From: Thermostichus sp. DRC_bins_24
Lineage (GTDB): Bacteria > Cyanobacteriota > Cyanobacteriia > Thermostichales > Thermostichaceae
DNA: 64,000 nt
Assembly: GCA_039794845.1 (NCBI GenBank)
Contig: JAUQVK010000035.1
Coordinates: forward strand, 1 to 64,000
Direction: 5' to 3'
Below, in pieces: positions 59,108 through 64,000 of this stretch. A program made the translations under genes and the position numbers. The notes under the pieces were generated by a model. The model made no database searches. It saw nothing but the letters and a program-made list of their open reading frames with translations, and was not told the DNA's origin. Each line of letters begins with the position of its first letter. Position 1 is the first letter of the stretch.

Positions 59108-59150
59108 AAAAAACAAAAAAACGGGATCCCAATCCTCGGCCTGGGATCCC
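59108..59150 (-). terminator. Terminator hairpin built from two GGGATCCC palindromes, between convergent genes
   Basis: GGGATCCCA-N10-TGGGATCCC stem with an A-tract (U-tract on the - strand) at 59108-59121, downstream of mnmA. Confidence 0.65.
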
Positions 59151-59188
59151 TTCGCTATTGGAAGCTATTGGAACAAAACCAAACAGAA

Positions 59189-60301
59189 CTAACGGGAAGG
59201 ACGCTCCAGGATCCCTCCCCCCAGCAAAACCTCTCCGTGGTACCAAACGGCGGCTTGTCCCGGGGTGACACCAAACTGGGGTTCTGCAAACTGCAAACGG
59301 GCTCGCCCTGAGGATTCCGGGATCAACGTCGCCGCAACCGGGGCGGTACGGTAGCGCACCTGCACCTCCACCGCCAAGGGCTCTCCGGGGTCGGCAATCG
59401 AGACCCAGTTCACCTGACGTACGGTGGCTTCCGCTTGGGTGGCTTCTTCCCGCTCTCCGACAATGACCCGGTTCATGGCCGCATCGATGCGCACCACGTA
59501 GAGCGGATGGGGGGCGGCAATGCCCAAGCCCTTGCGCTGGCCGACGGTGTAGTGGTGAATGCCCTCATGGGATCCCAGCACCCGCCCTCGGGTATCGACA
59601 ATTTCCCCCGGCTTTTGCCCCAGGTACTGATCCAAAAAGCTCCGCATCGAGCCATGGGTTTCGATCAAACAGAGATCCTGACTTTCCGGCTTGGCGGCGG
59701 TGGCCAGACCATACCGAGCGGCGATCTCGCGGGTTTGGGCTTTGGTGTACTCTCCCAAGGGAAATAGGGTACCGGCCAGATGTTCTTGGCTGAGGTCGTA
59801 GAGAAAGTAGGACTGATCCTTCTGGCGATCCACCGCCCGCAGCAGTTGATAACGCCCTGATTCCCCATCGAAGCGCACCCGCGCATAGTGGCCGGTGGCG
59901 ATCTGCGGAATCCCGAGCGTGTCGCGGGCATAGGTGAGCAGGGGGCCAAATTTCACCGTTTTGTTGCACTGGGAGCAGGGCAGTGGCGTAATGCCGTCGG
60001 CGTAGCCCGACACCAAGTAATCGACGATATGGGCTTGAAACACCTCGCGGCTATCCACCACATGGTGGGGGATCCCCAACTGCTCACAAATGGTGGCGGC
60101 ATCCACCAAGCCATCGGTGCAGCACTGGCCCTTTCCTTTCATCAGCCAGAGGGTTACCCCCTCTACGGCATAGCCCTGTTCGTGCAAAATAGCAGCAACC
60201 GTGGAGCTGTCGACTCCACCCGAAAGTGCCGCCACAATGCGGGGCCGCGACGTAGGGGCCGTTGAAGCTGGGGAAGCCGGTGGGTGCACGCCGGTAACCA
60301 T
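59189..60301 (-). CDS. mnmA: tRNA-specific 2-thiouridylase MnmA
   Basis: [51 protein letters not shown]. Confidence 0.98.
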   Translation of the reverse strand: MVTGVHPPASPASTAPTSRPRIVAALSGGVDSSTVAAILHEQGYAVEGVTLWLMKGKGQCCTDGLVDAATICEQLGIPHHVVDSREVFQAHIVDYLVSGYADGITPLPCSQCNKTVKFGPLLTYARDTLGIPQIATGHYARVRFDGESGRYQLLRAVDRQKDQSYFLYDLSQEHLAGTLFPLGEYTKAQTREIAARYGLATAAKPESQDLCLIETHGSMRSFLDQYLGQKPGEIVDTRGRVLGSHEGIHHYTVGQRKGLGIAAPHPLYVVRIDAAMNRVIVGEREEATQAEATVRQVNWVSIADPGEPLAVEVQVRYRTAPVAATLIPESSGRARLQFAEPQFGVTPGQAAVWYHGEVLLGGGILERPSR

Positions 60302-60362
60302 GGGAAAGAGCTGCTCAAACAGCAGACTACCTGAGGATTTCTACTTTAGCCTTCTTCAGCTT

Positions 60363-62159
60363 TCAAAACACCATCAGATGAACCGGATCCAGGCTAATCC
60401 ACCAGGGGGATCCCCAAGTTTGGATCTCCTGCCACCGCTCTCGAAAGACTTCCGCTTGCAGATGATAATCCTGCCCGTGGTCGGGGGGATGATTCAGTTT
60501 CAAGAATAAGGTGAAACGATGGGGGGTTTCACTGACCTTGGTGAGCCAGGCGGGAAAGGTATTGGGGGCATCGCCGTGTTGTGAAAACTTAAGGTGATGG
60601 GCGCGGATGGCGATGTGGTCTACGGGCTGGGATCCCTTGACCTGGAGCTGACACTGCCAATCGAGGGCCTCCACCCGCTCAGGGCTGAGGCGGCGGGCAG
60701 CGGAGATGTTTTTACAGCCCGTCAATTGGGCCACACTCAGGCAGGGGGGAGCCTGAAACAGGTGATATTTGCTGGCTTGGGCGATGATCTGCCCCCGTTC
60801 CAGTACCGCCAGATCCTGGCAGAGGCGAAAGGCTTCCTCCATGTTGTGGGTAACCAGCAGGGTCACCCCCTTGTAGTGGGTCAGGATCTCGCCCATCTGC
60901 TGCTCCAACTGGCTGCGCAGATGGGTATCTAGGGCGGAAAAGGGCTCATCCAGCAAAAGAATCTCGGGATCCGAGGCCAGGGCCCGGGCCAGGGCGATGC
61001 GCTGTTGTTGCCCACCGGAAAGCTGGGTGGGATAGCGGCCTTCGTAGCCTGGTAAACCCACCAACTCCAGATGGGTTTGGATCCGCTGCCAGCGTTCAGC
61101 TTTGTTCAAGCTAGCCGGGATCCCGAAGGCGATATTCTCGGCGATGGTCAGGTGGGGAAAAAGGGCATAGTTTTGGAAGATCACCCCCACCCGCCGCTGA
61201 TCCGGGGGGACTCGGATCCCCTGCCGGGAGTCAAACAGCACCCGCTCATTGAGCACAATGCGCCCCTGATCCGGGGTTTCGATGCCGGCGATGCAGCGCA
61301 GCAGCAAACTTTTGCCGGATCCGGAGGCCCCCAGTAGCCCCAGGGGTTGACCGTCCCCTGTTAACCGGGCGTTCAGCTGAAACGAACCCAGTTGTTTGCG
61401 GACATCCACCCACAGGCGGGGGGCTTGAGCCGGGGGATCCTCCAACAAATCAACCCGGGGAGCCGCTGCTATTTGTAGGGATCCCTGGCCGGAGGGGGAT
61501 TGTAACCGGCGCTGAAACCAGAGGTTCACCAGTGTCAGCAGCCCCAACGACAGGGCCAAAATCACCCCGGAGCCGATCCAAGCGGCCCGCAGATTGCCCG
61601 CCTGCACGGCAAAAAACACAAACATCGGCAAGGTTTGCGTCCGACCGGGGATGTTGCCCGCCACCATCAACGTCGCCCCAAATTCCCCCAGGGCGCGGGC
61701 AAAAGCCAGCGTCACCCCCGCCACGATCCCCGGCAGCGCCAGCGGGATCATCACCCGCCCAAACACCCGCCCTCGGCCTGCCCCAAGAGTGCGCGCCGCC
61801 GCCAACAGATTGCCATCGATCTGCTGAAAGGCCCCCAAAGCGGTGCGGTACATCAACGGAAAAGCCACCACTGCCGCCGCAATCACCGCCCCATACCAGG
61901 TGAAAATCAACGAGATATCCCACCGGGCCAAGAGCTGGCCCACCCACCCCCGCCGGCCCAGCAGCAACAACAGGGCAAACCCCACCACCGTCGGCGGCAA
62001 CACCAACGGCGCGATCAAGGCCGCCTCAATCCACGACCGCCAGCGGCCCCGGTAGTACACCATGCCCCAAGCCGCCAGAGTACCCGCCACAAAGGTGAGC
62101 ACCGTGGCCAGGGAGGCCACCCGCAGCGAGATCCAGACCGGTGCTAAGTCAAACTCCAC
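60363..62159 (-). CDS. modB: Fused molybdate ABC transporter permease/ATPase (ModB-ModC)
   Basis: PLVLPPTVVG, FARALGEFGAT, GNIPGRTQT, followed by [27 protein letters not shown]. Confidence 0.94.
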   Translation of the reverse strand: MEFDLAPVWISLRVASLATVLTFVAGTLAAWGMVYYRGRWRSWIEAALIAPLVLPPTVVGFALLLLLGRRGWVGQLLARWDISLIFTWYGAVIAAAVVAFPLMYRTALGAFQQIDGNLLAAARTLGAGRGRVFGRVMIPLALPGIVAGVTLAFARALGEFGATLMVAGNIPGRTQTLPMFVFFAVQAGNLRAAWIGSGVILALSLGLLTLVNLWFQRRLQSPSGQGSLQIAAAPRVDLLEDPPAQAPRLWVDVRKQLGSFQLNARLTGDGQPLGLLGASGSGKSLLLRCIAGIETPDQGRIVLNERVLFDSRQGIRVPPDQRRVGVIFQNYALFPHLTIAENIAFGIPASLNKAERWQRIQTHLELVGLPGYEGRYPTQLSGGQQQRIALARALASDPEILLLDEPFSALDTHLRSQLEQQMGEILTHYKGVTLLVTHNMEEAFRLCQDLAVLERGQIIAQASKYHLFQAPPCLSVAQLTGCKNISAARRLSPERVEALDWQCQLQVKGSQPVDHIAIRAHHLKFSQHGDAPNTFPAWLTKVSETPHRFTLFLKLNHPPDHGQDYHLQAEVFRERWQEIQTWGSPWWISLDPVHLMVF

Positions 62160-62168
62160 TGGGATCCC

Positions 62169-62939
62169 TCAAAGAGCCGAAAACCCATAGCGCTCAAAGA
62201 CTTCCGCGGCCTCCTCCCCCGCCAAAAACTCCAGATAGGCCCGGGCCGCCTCACTGTCTCGGATAATCGCCGCCGGATAGATGATCGGGGTGATCGGATC
62301 GGCGGTGGCCAATACCCGCACCTGATCCGAAAGCTGGGCATCGGAGGTGAACAGGATCCCGGCATCGGCATTCCCCTGCTCCACCGCCGTGAGGATCTCC
62401 CGCACCGTGCTGGCAAAGACCATCTTGGGCCGCAGCTCCTCAAAGACCCCCGCTTCTGTCAAAATCTCCTGGGCATAGCGTCCGGCGGGCATGGCTTGCA
62501 GATCCCCAATGGATAGCACCCGGATCCCGTCGTCCGTCAGGCCGGCAAAATCATCAAATGATGCCGTAGAATCCGCGGGCACAATCAAGGCCATACGGTT
62601 GCTGAGCAGATCCCGCCGGGATCCCTCCACAATCAGATTTTTGTCTTGCAGGTTCTCCATAAAGCTGGCGGCGGCAAAAAACACCACATCAATAGGGGCT
62701 CCCTGCTCCACCTGCTGCTGGATGGATCCCGAATTGGCGAAGTTGTACTCCACCTTGATCTCCGGGTTGGCTTCCGTAAAAAGGGTGTCAATTTCCGTCA
62801 GGGCCGGCTGCAAACTCACCGCCGCCCCCACCAAAAGCAGGGTCGACTGGGCCAAGGCCGGAACCTTGACCGCCAAACCTGCAACCCAAGCCGCCCAGGA
62901 TCCAACGGCCAGCATCAATGCTCTGCGTTTCAGTTTCAT
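62169..62939 (-). CDS. modA: Molybdate ABC transporter substrate-binding protein
   Basis: Signal peptide MKLKRRA..., AAVSL, NSGSIQQQVEQGAPIDV, PAGRYA, VREIL, ADAG; adjacent to modBC. Confidence 0.9.
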   Translation of the reverse strand: MKLKRRALMLAVGSWAAWVAGLAVKVPALAQSTLLLVGAAVSLQPALTEIDTLFTEANPEIKVEYNFANSGSIQQQVEQGAPIDVVFFAAASFMENLQDKNLIVEGSRRDLLSNRMALIVPADSTASFDDFAGLTDDGIRVLSIGDLQAMPAGRYAQEILTEAGVFEELRPKMVFASTVREILTAVEQGNADAGILFTSDAQLSDQVRVLATADPITPIIYPAAIIRDSEAARAYLEFLAGEEAAEVFERYGFSAL

Positions 62940-62988
62940 ACGAGATCGGGATGAAGTAAAGTTAAGATTACCAACCAGACTAAAAGAA

Positions 62989-63007
62989 ATACCAACTTTT
63001 TTGGTAT
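62989..63007. promoter_or_regulatory. Candidate operator in the divergent modA / regulator promoter
   Basis: Perfect inverted repeat ATACCAA-N5-TTGGTAT, plus an extra TACCAA half-site at 62969-62974. Confidence 0.55.
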
Positions 63008-63043
63008 CGGACTTAACCAAACACACAAAAATTGAGGGATACA

Positions 63044-63427
63044 ATGCCAAGGAAAGAACAAGGGTGGATTACCTTTCAAACTTCGGCCGCCGAGCGGCAA
63101 CATCTGGAGCAGTATTGTCAATTGGCCCAGCGCTCCAAAACGGATGTGCTGCGGGAATTGCTACGGAGCCTAGATGCTTCGACTATCAAATCGTCTAGTT
63201 TCATGGAGCCAAAAGCCATGCAAATCAGTGCTCGCAATGTGTTTAAGGGAACGGTTAAGTCCATGAATGTGGGTATGGTAAGTGCGGAAGTTGTGTTGGA
63301 GATTGCTCCAGGGATCGAGATCACCGGCATCATTTCTAAGGCATCAGTGGAGCGACTGGGTCTGGCTGAAGGGAAGGAGGCCTATGCCGCCTTCAAGGCT
63401 TCCGATGTCATGTTGGCGATTGACTAA
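63044..63427 (+). CDS. Ribbon-helix-helix (CopG-like) + TOBE/Mop molybdate-binding fusion, probable mod regulator
   Basis: N-terminal [15 protein letters not shown]...[14 protein letters not shown] (RHH-like); C-terminal [13 protein letters not shown]...[20 protein letters not shown] (Mop). Confidence 0.88.
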   Translation: MPRKEQGWITFQTSAAERQHLEQYCQLAQRSKTDVLRELLRSLDASTIKSSSFMEPKAMQISARNVFKGTVKSMNVGMVSAEVVLEIAPGIEITGIISKASVERLGLAEGKEAYAAFKASDVMLAID

Positions 63428-63515
63428 GGGAGTAAGGTTGACGGTATCCGGCTTATCCTCCCGTAGAATGGGGGAACTGTTTCCCTACTCCCCTTGCAGG
63501 CTGCTCGAACTCACC

Positions 63516-64000
63516 ATGACCCTGACTCCTCTTGCTCCTTCTGTTGACCCTGCGGCGTTGGAGCTGCAGGTGCGCCCCGATGCCCAGGGGCGCTTTGGGC
63601 CGTTTGGCGGCAAGTTTGTGCCGGAAACCTTAATGAGTGCCCTAACCGAGTTGGAGCAAGCCTTTGCCCAGCATTGGCGGGATCCCAGCTTTCGGGCGGA
63701 GTTTCACAGCCTCGCGCGGGATTTCGTCGGGCGGCCCAGTCCGCTCTACTTTGCCCAACGGCTGACGGAGCACTACGGCGGTCCCCAAATTTACCTGAAG
63801 CGGGAAGATCTCAACCACACGGGGGCTCACAAGATCAACAATGCCCTTGGCCAGGCTCTGTTAACGGTACGCATGGGCAAGAAACGGGTGATTGCAGAGA
63901 CCGGGGCCGGACAACACGGGGTGGCCACAGCAACGGTCTGTGCTCGCTTCGGCTTGGAATGTGTGGTGTACATGGGGGCACTGGATATGGAGCGGCAGGC
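63516..64000 (+). CDS. trpB: Tryptophan synthase beta chain, runs off the right edge of the window
   Basis: Manual translation: [52 protein letters not shown]. Confidence 0.97.
   Translation, partial: MTLTPLAPSVDPAALELQVRPDAQGRFGPFGGKFVPETLMSALTELEQAFAQHWRDPSFRAEFHSLARDFVGRPSPLYFAQRLTEHYGGPQIYLKREDLNHTGAHKINNALGQALLTVRMGKKRVIAETGAGQHGVATATVCARFGLECVVYMGALDMERQ

Larger units (their letters stand above)
6010..63690. repeat. Highly iterated palindrome GGGATCCC (HIP1-like), dispersed
   Basis: Many dozens of copies in coding and intergenic DNA (e.g. 9064, 9095, 9361, 10255, 59123, 59143); none seen in 1-4400. Confidence 0.9.

Overview
64 kb of a GC-rich cyanobacterial chromosome, most likely a thermophilic hot-spring Synechococcus (Thermostichus, OS-A/OS-B'-like lineage). 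This rests on the dense GGGATCCC palindromes and on cyanobacterial genes such as nblS/hik33, DUF2555, DUF2808 and a fused modBC. Most of the window is housekeeping and signalling: gltX, an isocitrate/isopropylmalate dehydrogenase, glmS, phoX with a pho box, ilvD, fbp-zwf, glgX, uppP, an RND pump, recJ-sbcC-nblS, mnmA, modA-modBC and a partial trpB. The left ~4.8 kb is an atypical island without GGGATCCC. It encodes a TPR + GT41 (SPINDLY/OGT-like) glycosyltransferase missed by the ORF track, and a surface lipoprotein whose Thr-rich ~180-aa insert looks like one giant Cys-clamped beta-hairpin. An Rpn C-terminal remnant borders the island. Other notable signals are a long structured glmS leader with no recognisable glmS ribozyme, two diverged copies of a TnpB-tail/omegaRNA-like element, an RHH-TOBE regulator with a candidate operator facing a ModA with an altered binding pocket, and many short intergenic tandem duplications. 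I saw no rRNA, tRNA or CRISPR array.
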